64,000 nt of DNA from Macrostomum lignano (Eukaryota), in assembly GCA_002269645.1 (NCBI GenBank), contig NIVC01001783.1, positions 62,001 through 126,000 on the forward strand. The letters run 5' to 3'. The notes beneath the pieces were generated by a model, which searched no databases, was not told the origin of the DNA, and worked only from the letters and a program-made list of their open reading frames with translations. The translations under genes were made by a program, and so were the position numbers. Below, piece by piece: positions 42,802 to 54,873 of this stretch. Positions within the stretch are counted from its first letter, which is position 1; every line of letters starts with the position of its first letter.

Positions 42802-43977
42802 ACGAACTCAATGCCCGATCAGACGGTTGCTGGCGCACGATTCCTCACGAGGCTTAAGTGTAGTGAAAAAAACTCAAACAAATAATACATTGGCAGATTA
42901 GTCACGAGCAAGTGTAACGACTAATATTTACCCAAATCAACTATTACGCAATATCTAACCGCAAACAATAATCATCGTTTTGACGCAAGACTAATTAATT
43001 GCGGTAATAAATACGAAATCATCGTAACTTTTATTGTTTGCCTTGAATCATTTACGGTAGCACGATAACAATCCATAAAAAATGTTGGAGTCGAGAAAAA
43101 AAGGGTTTGGCCATAGACAAATTCTGTCAAGAATGGTATACAGAAATTTTGGTAGAACTTTGCATGACTGCCAGTTTGCGGTGTAGCATTGTCCATGAAA
43201 TATCTTCGAGGATGATATAGCTGCATGTTCGTAATCACTGCTCAAAAGCTCTAACGCAGACAATAACCTCATTGGAGACTACATTGTGCTAATATAGTCA
43301 ATGCTTGCCTGCCTTTCCAATAAATCATAATGTATTTGCGTATGGATACTAAAGATATCCCCTGACAATAAATTAATCACTAACTTGGCGATGCCCAATG
43401 CAGCTAGTGCAAACCGATTAAAGGAGTTGTAAATCACTGCGCCCTCTGGCGCCCTGTATAGTGTATAGTGGTGGATTGGCAAGAGATAACAATCAATAAA
43501 TAAATGCAATCCACTATAAAGGTGAGAAGTGAGAAGGGACTAAACTGTGTGTTGTGTCAATTCTGCGTCAATTCCACGGTCCAATGATAATTCCCTGGCC
43601 TGTTATATGCAAGAATGCACAGCTATAAATATTTAGAAGCGCATATTCGCGTGTCCCTGATTGACCCGAAATACTCTTAGCATTGCCATGCAGGTGACGA
43701 ATTAATGAACACGAATAGAATGCGCCCTGTTTTTTATAGAACAAGACTCATCACTTGAGTGCATCGTGTTTGACGTGTATCTAATGAACTTAATGAACTA
43801 ATTGCATCAAACACGAAGGGCCCACAGATGCCCACGCAGTAGAACTGGGAACAGTAAAGCACCTGCAGGCGACAACTCATTCTCTTTTGCACACCCATAG
43901 TCGAAAGCATTGCTCTTTACGCCTCTGAGGCCTTGGGAGACTTTCGTTTCCTGTAACCTGGGGCCCTAAAGGGCAAC

Positions 43978-44961
43978 AGCACCAAGGGGCTTTAGCACCA
44001 AGGGGCTTTAGCACCAAGGGGCTTTAGCACCAAGGGGCTTTAGCACCAAGGGGCTTTAGCACCAAGGGGCTTTAGCACCAAGGGGCTTTAGCACCAAGGG
44101 GCTTTAGCACCAAGGGGCTTTAGCACCAAGGGGCTTTAGCACCAAGGGGCTTTAGCACCAAGGGGCTTTAGCACCAAGGGGCTTTAGCACCAAGGGGCTT
44201 TAGCACCAAGGGGCTTTAGCACCAAGGGGCTTTAGCACCAAGGGGCTTTAGCACCAAGGGGCTTTAGCACCAAGGGGCTTTAGCACCAAGGGGCTTTAGC
44301 ACCAAGGGGCTTTAGCACCAAGGGGCTTTAGCACCAAGGGGCTTTAGCACCAAGGGGCTTTAGCACCAAGGGGCTTTAGCACCAAGGGGCTTTAGCACCA
44401 AGGGGCTTTAGCACCAAGGGGCTTTAGCACCAAGGGGCTTTAGCACCAAGGGGCTTTAGCACCAAGGGGCTTTAGCACCAAGGGGCTTTAGCACCAAGGG
44501 GCTTTAGCACCAAGGGGCTTTAGCACCAAGGGGCTTTAGCACCAAGGGGCTTTAGCACCAAGGGGCTTTAGCACCAAGGGGCTTTAGCACCAAGGGGCTT
44601 TAGCACCAAGGGGCTTTAGCACCAAGGGGCTTTAGCACCAAGGGGCTTTAGCACCAAGGGGCTTTAGCACCAAGGGGCTTTAGCACCAAGGGGCTTTAGC
44701 ACCAAGGGGCTTTAGCACCAAGGGGCTTTAGCACCAAGGGGCTTTAGCACCAAGGGGCTTTAGCACCAAGGGGCTTTAGCACCAAGGGGCTTTAGCACCA
44801 AGGGGCGCCAGCACCAAGGGGCTTTAGCACCAAGGGGCGCCAGCACCAAGGGGCGCCAGCACCAAGGGGCGCCAGCACCAAGGGGCTTTAGCACCAAGGG
44901 GCTTTAGCACCAAGGGGCTTTAGCACCAAGGGGCTTTAGCACCAAGGGGCTTTAGCACCAA
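43978..44961. repeat. Highly homogeneous 16-bp minisatellite (AGCACCAAGGGGCTTT), ~61 copies
   Basis: Direct inspection; only a few CGCC variants near the 3' end. Confidence 0.97.
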
Positions 44962-45373
44962 GAAATTGTTGGGGAACTGCTAAAATTGGGAACAGGGAGG
45001 AGGAGAGGCAATTACAAAAGTGATTAATTGATTACTTAAACATCAGGTTACAGTCTTCGTACCTTCAGTATCAGCTCGTGATCCTCCGTACCTGGTACAG
45101 GTTGCGGTATCTCTCACTTTTGCACCCGTGCTGTCCCTCCGTGTCACACTGAAAAATGCTCTTATCACTAGCTATATTTTGCGTTCTTCGCTTCGGACCT
45201 TGATCGGGTGGAATGAGCCGTCTAAAAATATAAAAACTTTATCATAAAAAGTCGAATAAACGGCACTGCAAACTGGTTAGACGCCTTTGTTGAGTTGAAA
45301 TTAATTTTCTGCTAAAATTTGAAGGTCAAATTAGGGATTCTGGAAATAAAATATGACAAAGATTTTTACCAGC

Positions 45374-46220
45374 ATGATTGGAGCCTTCGCGATGGCGCTG
45401 CTGTTCTGTTGTAAGTATTCTCTGTGCTTTCTTTGCACTTTAGATTTAGAATTTGGAACAGAAGTGCACTTGAATTTTGAATTCAGTTGAGTATATTAGA
45501 GTAGAGTGAAGTAGAGTAGAGTAGAGTGAAGTAGAGTAGAGTTAAGTAGAGTAGAGTTGAGTAGAGTGGAGTAGAGTAGAGTAGAGTAGAGTGGAGTAGA
45601 GTGGAGTAGAGTAGAGTGAAGTAGAGTACAGTGGTGTAGAGTAGAGTAGAGTGGAAGAGAGTAGAGTAGAGTAGAGTGGCGGTAGAGTTAAATAGAATTG
45701 AGTATAGAGTAGAGCAGAGTAGAGTTTGGCTGCGCTGATCGTAGATTAGTCACAGTGTTGGAATTTTGCGTGTCCCAAGTTCCCCTTCACCTGTTGGGAG
45801 AATTTCTACTGCAAACTCCAACTCAGCTTAACCTTCAGAGGCGAGTAACGCAAGCAGACGTAAAGCATTCAGCTGAGTACTAACCGCATCTAACTTTGCT
45901 TAACTCTGCTTAGAGCCTGGGCTAAATACTCAGGTGAACATAGCAGAACGGAGTAGGCTAGTAGGCTAGGTTAGTTTTTTATTTGTTATATGACTATTAT
46001 TATTGTTTAAAATTTTGCAGCCGCCGAAGCCAGCCGTGCGAGGGACGAAGAGTTCCAAGTGTACTGCAATGTCAGCGTGAAATCTTCCCACGACTTTCTC
46101 ATGGTGCTGTTCTCAATCTTCCTGACCATACTCATGTCCTCCGTGCCCTGGATCATCGCCCTGGCCTTGGACCTGTTCCGCTGGATCGGCTCGGCTATCG
46201 TGTCGCAAATTCAAGCTTAA
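45374..46220 (+). CDS. Putative 78-aa signal-peptide plus transmembrane microprotein, 2 coding exons
   Basis: Exons 45374-45410 (T|gtaagt) and 46021-46220 (ttttgcag|CC), 237 nt in frame. Protein: MIGAFAMALLFCSAEASRARDEEFQVYCNVSVKSSHDFLMVLFSIFLTILMSSVPWIIALALDLFRWIGSAIVSQIQA. An acceptor lies 1 nt before the ATG, so the N-terminus could extend upstream. Confidence 0.65.
45495..45725. repeat. (AGAGT)n pentanucleotide microsatellite
   Basis: Direct inspection; intron of the microprotein gene. Confidence 0.95.
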
Positions 46221-46414
46221 ATCAAACGATTCAGTGGCTCATATTGAGTTTATATCTGTCGTTTAAATTATATCTCCGCGGCTGCATATGCCAGAGCTTT
46301 TGAGTTCGTTTATGAAAAATTGAAAAAAATAAATTCGAGATTCATAGCGTACTTGTAGACAGATATTCTTTGTCGTGGATTTGTACTTTTTATGTGCTAA
46401 CTGGAGAGTTGCTC

Positions 46415-47080
46415 AAAGTGCGCTCATCAGAGCTACCAAAGTGTGCTCATCAGAGCTACCAAAGTGTGCTCATCAGAGCTACCAAAGTGTGCTCATCAGA
46501 GGTAACAGAGTGTGCTCATCAGAGCTACCAAAGTGTGCTCATCGGAGGTAACAGAATGTGCTCATCAGAGGTAACAGAGTGTGCTCATCAGAGGTAACAG
46601 AGTGTGCTCATCAGAGCTACCAAAGTGTGCTCATCGGAGGTAACAGAGTGTGCTCATCAGAGCTACCAAAGTGTGCTCATCAGAGGTAACAGAATGTGCT
46701 CATCAGAGGTAACAGAATGTGCTCATCAGAGGTAACAGAGTGTACTCATCAGAGGTAACAGAGTGTGCTCATCAGAGGTAACAGAATGTGCTCATCAGAG
46801 GTAACAGAGTGTGCTCATCAGAGCTACCAGAGTGTGCTCATCAGAGCTACCAAAGTGTGCTCATCAGAGGTAACAGAGTGTGCTCATCAGAGCTACCAGA
46901 GTGTGCTCATCAGAGCTACCAAAGTGTGCTCATCAGAGGTAACAGAGTGTGCTCATCAGAGCTACCAGTACCAAAGTGTGCTCATCAGAGCTACCAGTAC
47001 CAAAGTGTGCTCATCAGAGCTACCAAAGTGTGCTCATCAGAGCTACCAGAGTGTGCTCATCGGAGGTAACAAAGTGTGCT
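46415..47080. repeat. 23-bp minisatellite with two unit types
   Basis: Units GTGTGCTCATCAGAGCTACCAAA and GTGTGCTCATCAGAGGTAACAGA. Confidence 0.95.
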
Positions 47081-47520
47081 CAATAGAGGCCAAATTAAGT
47101 TCATAGGATGACTCAATCGAGATGCCAATTAAGTGTGAAACTGTACTCAAGTAGCGCCAAGAGACAAGCTAATATCACCAAACTTAATACGTATAGATTT
47201 ACTTAGTACTATGTAATTTCTTTCAGCAATTTAGTCAGTCACATTGCACGGTTCGTTTCATTTCTAGGACAAAAAAACGAAAATTGACAAGCTTTGAGCC
47301 TTCGTGAGTTTGGGTTAAGACTGAGTCTGTCCCAGTTTTTGGTTTCTCTTATTATATGAAACTTTTTTTGTCGAAAACTGATGTTACTACAACAGGCCCA
47401 GTACCAAAATGTGACACTTAAAATATTTTTGCTGCATACGGATACAGAACGTATTATCAATCTTAATTAGTCCATTGGAAAATCTGAGTTAAAGACGATC
47501 GATAATAAAGAATCGATGAT

Positions 47521-50500
47521 CTAGTTGACAGACACGTGACCGTATTTGTCTTTTAGTTTAGCCAGAAGTTCTTCGCCATGCTCTCTGTCGCGAACTTCGC
47601 ACACGCATCTGAAATATTAATTATTTGCGGTTGAAGAATTGATGCTGTAAGACGTGAGGAGCTACGCCCACACCACTCCCTCTTCCTGCCTCTATGGGGT
47701 GAGGGATTGTTTTGGCTACACCCACCCCACTCCCTCTTCCTGCCTCTATTGGTGAGGGGTTATTGTGGCTACACCCACCTCACTCCCTCTTCCTGCCCCT
47801 ATGGGTGAGGGCTGTTGTGGCTACATCCACACCACTCCCTCTTCCTGCCTCTATGGGGTGAGGGACTGTTTTGGCTACACCCACCCCACTCTCTCTTCCT
47901 GCCTCTATTGGTGAGGGGTTATTGTGGCTACACCCACCCCACTCCCTCTTCCTGCCTCTATGGGGTGAGGGACTGTTTTGGCTACACCCACCCCACTCCC
48001 TCTTCCTGCCTCTATTGGTGAGGGCTGTTGTGGCTACACCCACACCACTCCCTCTTCCTGCCTCTATGGGGTGAGGGGCTGTTGTGGCTACACCCACCCC
48101 ACTCCCTCTTCCTGCCTCTATGGGTGAGGGGCTGTTGTGGCTACACCCAACCTACTCCCTCTTCCTGCCTCTATGGGTGAGGGGCTGTTGTGGCTACACT
48201 CACCCACTCCCTCTTCCTGCCTCTATGGGTGAGGGGCTGTTGTGGCTACACCCAATCTACTCCCTCTTCCTGCCTCTATGGGTGAGGGGCTGTTGTGGCT
48301 ACACCCAACCTACTCCCTCTTCCTGCCTCTATGGGTGAGGGGCTGTTGTGGCTACACCCACCCAACTCCCTCTTCCTGCCTCTATGGGTGAGGGGCTGTT
48401 GTGGCTACACCCACCCCACTCCCTCTTCCTGCCTCTATGGGTGAGGGGCTGTTGTGGCTACACCCACCCACTCCCTCTTCCTGCCTCTATGGGTGAGGGG
48501 CTGTTGTGGCTACACCCACCCCACTCCCTCTTCCTGCCTCTATGGGTGAGGGGCTGTTGTGGCTACACCCACCCCACTCCCTCTTCCTGCCTCTATGGGT
48601 GAGGGCTGTTGTGGCTACACCCAACCTACTCCCTCTTCCTGCCTCTATCGATTGATGGTTTTTTAGCCCCAACTTATCAGCTACGAGCTCTTAATAAGTA
48701 AGCTCTCACCTGACTTTAACCTGAAAGATATCAGACTTAAGCCAGGCTCTCTCGTGAAAAATGTCTTTAATAGAGACGCCCATGCCGGCTAGGATGGCGC
48801 TCAGTTCAGCTATGCCGCCCGGCCTGTCCGACACGGTAGTAACGAAGTGAATCAGTCGGCCGTCAACAGCCAGGCCTCTTTCGATGACACGACCAAGCAC
48901 CGTCGTATCGATGTTGCCACCGCAGAGGATTACTACAACGCTGGTTAAATTTGAACAAGGGATGGATTGACAGACTCTACTCAGAAATGAGTTTTACCGG
49001 ACATTTTAAAGTATCTATACATTTGAAAGGCACTATAATCTATTCTCAGTAATATAAAGTCTATTCAAACTCTCTATCCTACTCGAAACAACACCAGAAT
49101 ATAATCGACTCAGACACTTCGGAGTTGACTCAGACACCCCAAATAAATCTATTCAAGCGCTCCAGAATCTGCTCAGACACCCCGGAATCTACTCAAACAC
49201 TCCAGAATCTACTCAGATACTCCAGAATCTACTCAAACACTCCAGAATCTACGCAGACACTCTAGAATCTACTCAGACACTCCAGAATCTACTCAGTCTA
49301 CCTTGACCCTCTCCAATCTTCCCAACTCACGTCTTCCCTTGCAGCTCGGGCAGCAGGCCCTGCAAAATGGCTGCCAGACCCGCGGCTCCGGCGCCCTCAA
49401 CCACGACTTTCTCAAGCTCGAGCAGACGCAGAATGGCCAATGCGATGAACTCCTCTGAGACCGTCACTATGCGATCGATAATGTCCCGACACGAGTAGAA
49501 CGCGTTGCTACCCACCTTGGGAACCGAGAGACCATCAGCTAGCGAAGATTTCACCACGCTTTGCACCGGCTCACCAGATTTTAGGGCGTCCGTGAAGCTG
49601 GGACAGCGTTCTGACTCTGCGCCCTGCGTTATTATGAAGGATCTTAGTGCTGAGTCTTTGTTGCCATGCGGATCTGTTTGTATGCTTCTTCTGCATTTAG
49701 TGCTAGTCATCTGCATTAGCTAAGGTTGTCAAGAGCAGTAGCCTTGGCGCCCCCCTGCAGTAGCCTTGGCGCCCCCTTGCAGTAGCTTTAGTGCCCCCTG
49801 CAGTAGCTTTGGTGCCCCCTGCAGTAGCTTTGGTGCCCCCTGCAGTAGCTTTGGTGCCCCCTGCAGTAGCTTTGGTGCCCCCTGAAGTAGCTTTGGTGCC
49901 CCCCTGCAGTAGCTTTGGTGCCCCCCCCCCTGCAGTAGCTTTGGTGCCCCCTGCAGTAGCTTTGGTGCCCCCTGAAGTAGCTTTGGTGCCCCCTGAAGTA
50001 GCTTTGGTGCCCTGAAGTAGCTTTGGTGCCCCCTGCAGTAGCTTTGGTGCCCCCTGAAGTAGCTTTAGTGCCCCCTGCAGTAGCTTTGGTGCCCCCTGCA
50101 GTAGCTTTAGTGCCCCCTGCAGTAGCTTTGGTGCCCCCTGCAGTAGCTTTGGTGCCCCCTGCAGTAGCTTTGGTGCCCCCTGCAGTAGCTTTGGTGCCCC
50201 CTGAAGTAGCTTTGGTGCCCCCCCTGCAGTAGCTTTGGTGCCCCCCCTGCAGTAGCTTTGGTGCCCCCTGCAGTAGCTTTGGTGCCCCCTGAAGTAGCTT
50301 TGGTGCCCCCTGAAGTAGCTTTGGTGCCCCCTGAAGTAGCTTTGGTGCCCTGAAGTAGCTTTGGTGCCCCCTGCAGTAGCTTTGGTGCCCCCCCTGCAGT
50401 AGCTTTGGTGCCCCCTGCAGTAGCTTTGGTGCCCCCCTTACAATACTCGTAGTAGCCTTGGGCCCCCTTGCAGTAGCTTTGCAAACCATGGTATTATAAC

Positions 50501-53500
50501 TTGCATCACGAATCCCACGGCTTTTATCCCAAAAATATGTCAGAGGTGACTCAACGTACGATAATTAAAGTGTTGGGCGACATCGTCTTCATGGCCACGG
50601 CGATTCCCGCGATCAGACCACCGCCTCCAACTGGGACAACAACGGCGTCCACAGGTTTGGACATTTGCTCAATTATTTCCAGCGCAATGGTGCCCTGGCC
50701 TGCCAGGATCTGCGGGTGATCGTAACTGTGAAAAGGAGAGGGTGCGGTAAAGTAGAGTTGAGTAGAGTAGAGTAGAGTAGAGTAGAGTAGAGTAGAGTAG
50801 AGTAGAGTAGAGTAGAGTAGAGTAGAGTAGAGTTGAGTTGAGTTGAGTTGAGCGGAGTTGAGTTGAGTTGAGTAGAGTAGAGTAGAGTAGAGTAGAGTAG
50901 AGTAGAGTAGAGTAGAGTAGAGTTGAGTAGAGTAGAGTTGAGTGGAGTTGAGTAGAGTAGAGTTGAGTAGAGTTGAGTTGAGTAGAGTTGAATAGAATAG
51001 AGTAAACTAGTCGAGTAGAGCAGAATGGAACATACTTAATTAATGTGGAGTACAGTAGAGAATATTACAATAAATTTCATGGCAGAACAGTAGAGTAGAG
51101 TGAATAAGATGCAAAAAGAAAGTACTACACGAAATACTACTACTTTAAAAGTAGTATAAGCTGACCCATTCACGTAGAGCAGGCCCTCAGTCTTGGCAAT
51201 TCTCATCGCGATAATCTTGGCCTCGTTAAAATCGTTGCCCGTAACGACTACCCGAGCTCCGTATTGCATGCACGCGTAGATCTTCATCAGCGGGGCCATG
51301 GTTGGCATGACAACCGCGACGGGGATGCCGAGCTCCTGGCCGTGGTAGGCCAAGGCCAGCGCGTGGTTGCCGGCTGAGGCGGCGACAACTCCGACTTTGC
51401 GCTGCTCCTGCGGCCGGTGGGTAAAATTAATCGAGCGAGCGATTAAAAGCTTTTGACGCTTTAAATGCCCCAATTGCTACTAGTAAGTAGGCTGGTAGCT
51501 ACAAAGGACAGCAATTGTCAAACAAAAAAACCCCTTCAATAGTAGCTAGGGGCAAGAACTTCCAAGAAAAAACCTTGCTGCAACAAGGACTACATCTCAA
51601 CGACATCGCAACGACATAACAACGTTGCGGCGACACACTATAGACACGGAAACGACATTACAGCAACATCACAACGACGCTAAAATTGCATCACAACATC
51701 ATCACAACTACATGACAATGACATCACAACGACATCACAGTCACAACGACACCAGATTAAGTCGCTGACATTGACATTAATGACCCAAGAGAAGCTACAA
51801 GATAAAGGCGCTATCGCAAGTTTCGTATTGCGTCGGCATATTTTTCGGAACACTTGATTCTTTGAAAGACGATATCTAAGAAAACGATTCAATCCCAGTG
51901 CTACTCTGCATTTTAGAGTCATGCTATCTTTTATAACGAGAGCTCTTGGGTGCTTATCTTAACGCATAAATTTTTAACGCACCTAGAAGTCACCTGAACG
52001 ACACACCTCAATTTAAATGGTTGTTGTAGATTGCCAGAGAGGTTGATATTTTATTAGAGAAGTTACCATTTCGTTGAAAGGGTTGCAATTTTATTAGAAG
52101 GGTTGCCATTTGATTGGAGGGATTGCCATTTTACTAGAGGGGTTGCCATTTCACTGGAAGGGTTGCCATTTTATTAGAGGGGTTGCCATTTCATTGGAAG
52201 GGTTGCAATTTTATTAGAGGGGTTGCCATTTCATTGGAAGGGTTGCAATTTTATTAGAGGGGTTGCCATTTCATTGGAGGGATTGCCATTTTACTAGAGG
52301 GGTTGCCATTTCACTGGAAGGGTTGCCATTTTATTAGAGGGGTTGCCATTTCATTGGAAGGGTTGCAATTTTATTAGAGGGGTTGCCATTTCATTGGAAG
52401 GGTTGCAATTTTATTAGAGGGGTTGCCATTTCATTGGAGGGATTGCCATTTTATTAGAGGGGTTGCCAGTTCATTGGAGGGGTTGTCATTTCATTAGAGG
52501 GGTTGCCATTTGATTGGAGGGGTTGTCATTTCATTAGAGGGGTTGCCAGTTCATTGGAGGGGTTTTCATTTCATTAGAGAGTTTGCCATTTAATTAGAGG
52601 GGTTGTCATTTAATCAAAGGGGTTGCCATTTCATTGGAGGGGTTGCCAGTTCATTAGAGGGGTTGCCACTTCATTAGAGGGGTTGCCAGTTCATTGGGGG
52701 GTTGCCATTCAGAATGAGCGGAAAGGCCAACCTTGTCAAGGCACAAAAGGGTGTACCGGGCGCCTCGCTCTTTAAAGCTGCCGGTGTACTGAAGAAAGTC
52801 CTTCTTCAGATAGATGTCCATGTTCGTGATGCGGGACATATGCGATCGCTGCAAATGGAATAAATGGCATCAATTATGAGTAGTAAAGTGCATGTTTTTA
52901 TCAATGCTAATTTGTTCCATAGATTGGCCCAAGATCTTTGTCATGGAATACAAAAATAATTGTTGTGGAGTATCAAAAGCCTTGTGTCAGGGAGTACTCA
53001 ATGTTTCATGTCAGGGAGTACCCAGTGTTTCGTGTCAGGGAGTACCCGATGTTTCATGTCAGGGAGTACCCAGTGTTTCGTGTCAGGGAGTACCCAGTGT
53101 TTCGTGTCAGGGAGTACCCGATGTTTCATGTCAGGGAGTACCCAGTGTTTCGTGTCAGGGAGTACCCAGTGTTTCGTGTCAGGGAGTACCCGATGTTTCA
53201 TGTCAGGGAGTACTCAATGTTTCATGTCAGGGAGTACCCAGTGTTTCGTGTCAGGGAGTACCCGATGTTTCATGTCAGGGAGTACCCGAGGCTTCGTGTC
53301 AGGGAGTACCCGAGGCTTCGTGTCAGGCAATCTGAGCCTTAGCAACACCGGAGCTCACATCGCACGGAGTTCGAACAATGCCCTTTCGAATTTTGTAAGC
53401 GGCTGCGCTGACGTCTTGAAATTGAATCGGCTTGGGATTGTTCGGATCGCAGTTGGGATCGAACAGTTGCTCTTCAGCGACAAAATCGTCCACAGTCGAA

Positions 53501-53787
53501 GTCGACGCTGCCACGCCGGAGCTGTCGGCGAGAGAGACCTTGACATCTGCTGCACCACCATTGACATCTGCAGCAGCGGCGACAGCGGTGGCAGCGGCTG
53601 ATGCGTCCTGCGGCAGCGACATGCTGGAGCCCTTTCCACTGAGCCCGCCGCTGCTTGAAGCTGCCGACAAGTCGTTGCGGCTGTCAGGATCGATGATGTT
53701 AGTCGTGTAGGAGCGCAGCTTGCTTCCGCTGCCAGACGAAACGGTGTAACTTTCCAGAGTTGCTTCGAAACTCAAATCGGGCTCCAT
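47521..53787 (-). CDS. PLP-dependent threonine/serine dehydratase (serine-racemase/TdcB-like) with a C-terminal ACT domain, ~521 aa, 7 exons
   Basis: Minus-strand exons 53787-53359, 52848-52732, 51407-51166, 50725-50560, 49623-49331, 48940-48710, 47608-47521 (1566 nt, phases consistent). Motifs: TGSFKERGA (PLP Lys), [12 protein letters not shown]|[56 protein letters not shown] (ACT domain). Confidence 0.93.
47665..48648. repeat. ~52-bp minisatellite, last intron of the dehydratase gene
   Basis: Unit CACTCCCTCTTCCTGCCTCTATGGGTGAGGGGCTGTTGTGGCTACACCCACC. Confidence 0.95.
49090..49300. repeat. 21-bp minisatellite (CTCCAGAATCTACTCAGACAC)
   Basis: Direct inspection. Confidence 0.85.
49740..50480. 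repeat. ~21-bp minisatellite (GCAGTAGCTTTGGTGCCCCCT)
   Basis: Direct inspection; source of the PPAVALV and GTKATAG ORFs. Confidence 0.95.
50750..51020. repeat. (AGAGT)n/(TGAGT)n microsatellite
   Basis: Direct inspection. Confidence 0.95.
52060..52710. repeat. 21-bp minisatellite (GGGGTTGCCATTTCATTAGAG)
   Basis: Direct inspection; begins ~20 nt from the exon 2 donor. Confidence 0.93.
52985..53325. repeat. 24-bp minisatellite (TCGTGTCAGGGAGTACCCAGTGTT)
   Basis: Direct inspection; source of the SCQGVPSV ORFs. Confidence 0.95.
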
Positions 53788-54234
53788 ATTGCTGCTTCTG
53801 TGACGGCTAAAAATGCAAGATTTTGTGCTGTTTTGTTTTCAAACGGGCAGGAAACGAAGTTTTCTAACGTGACTCAAGTACCCTGAGATATTTTTCCAGC
53901 TTGTATTCTTATCTGAATGTTGTCTCCGAGGTTTTCATTCCAAGCGCTAAATTGGAAATGTTTTTCATTTAAACCCCTCTTTACTATTGACCTTATCAAA
54001 TTAAAATGAAATCTTGATCTGGCAAGTTTACCTGTTTGGCCCTGCCCAGGCTTCAAAACTGGTTTAAACTAGCTTTGAGGACAGAAAAATAACATTAGAC
54101 AGTGAGAGGTTAAAATGAAATGGTACATTAGAAGAGGAAAATGAATACTCGTAGCTTATAGAACAAATAATTACAGATCGGATTTTGGGCTACTCATCTC
54201 GAATAAACAAACGGAGCCAACCGGAGCTCATGCC

Positions 54235-54490
54235 TTCTATTGGTGGAGGCGTGGCCAGGGGGTAGAGAAACGGAGTAAAAATAAACCAAAACAGCTCGCA
54301 GCCAATCAGAGCCCGTGTAGGGCTCCTATGGAGTGGAGGGGTGGTCAGGGGTTAGAGAAACGGAGTAGAATAAAGCAAAACAGCTCGCAGCCAATTAGAA
54401 CCCATGTAGAGCTCCTATAAGGTGGAGGGGTGGCCTGGGGCAGAGAAACGGAGTGAAAAACAAAACAGTTCGCAGCCAATCAGAGCTCAG
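54235..54490. promoter_or_regulatory. Three ~87-bp repeats, each with a CCAAT box and a G-rich box, between two divergently transcribed genes
   Basis: GCAGCCAAT(C/T)AGA with CCAAT at 54302, 54391 and 54476, each preceded by a GGAGG(G/C)GTGG segment. They lie between the ATGs at 53787 (-) and 54874 (+). Confidence 0.5.
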
Positions 54491-54873
54491 AGATTCCGCG
54501 AGGCGTGGTATCAATAAAGTAGAAAAAGCTTGAATACTGGTTTTGCCTAATAATACCTGGAAAATATCATTCAAATACCACTTTTACTACTGTGAGAGTA
54601 GTATGAATGACAAAATAATAAAATCAGTCGAATATGCTCTGCATTTAAAGTAAATGTAGAAATAGCCGTTGAAGCTTATAGAACAGATAAAAACTGAAAA
54701 AGTGGGTGAGGAAAATTCTGAAAATACGTGTGCATACACTACCCACTGCACAATTTCTCAGGTCAACCAACAGTTTGCTCTGTGAAAAGATAAAGAGCTC
54801 GAGAAAATGCTAGTTTTTCTGCTCAGAGTAGCAGCAGGCCTCAAAGCAGTCTAGTTCTCACCCGAGCAGCAAA

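Noticed and set aside
43048-43509. Two same-frame minus-strand ORFs separated by one stop
   Set aside because: No recognisable domain and AT-rich composition unlike the true exons. A tBLASTx search would be needed to revive it.
47665-48648. TCTATGG inside this and the 32/34-kb minisatellite units as Crypton sites
   Set aside because: The flanking context differs from TGTCTATGG and there are no inverted arms, so coincidence is the likely explanation.
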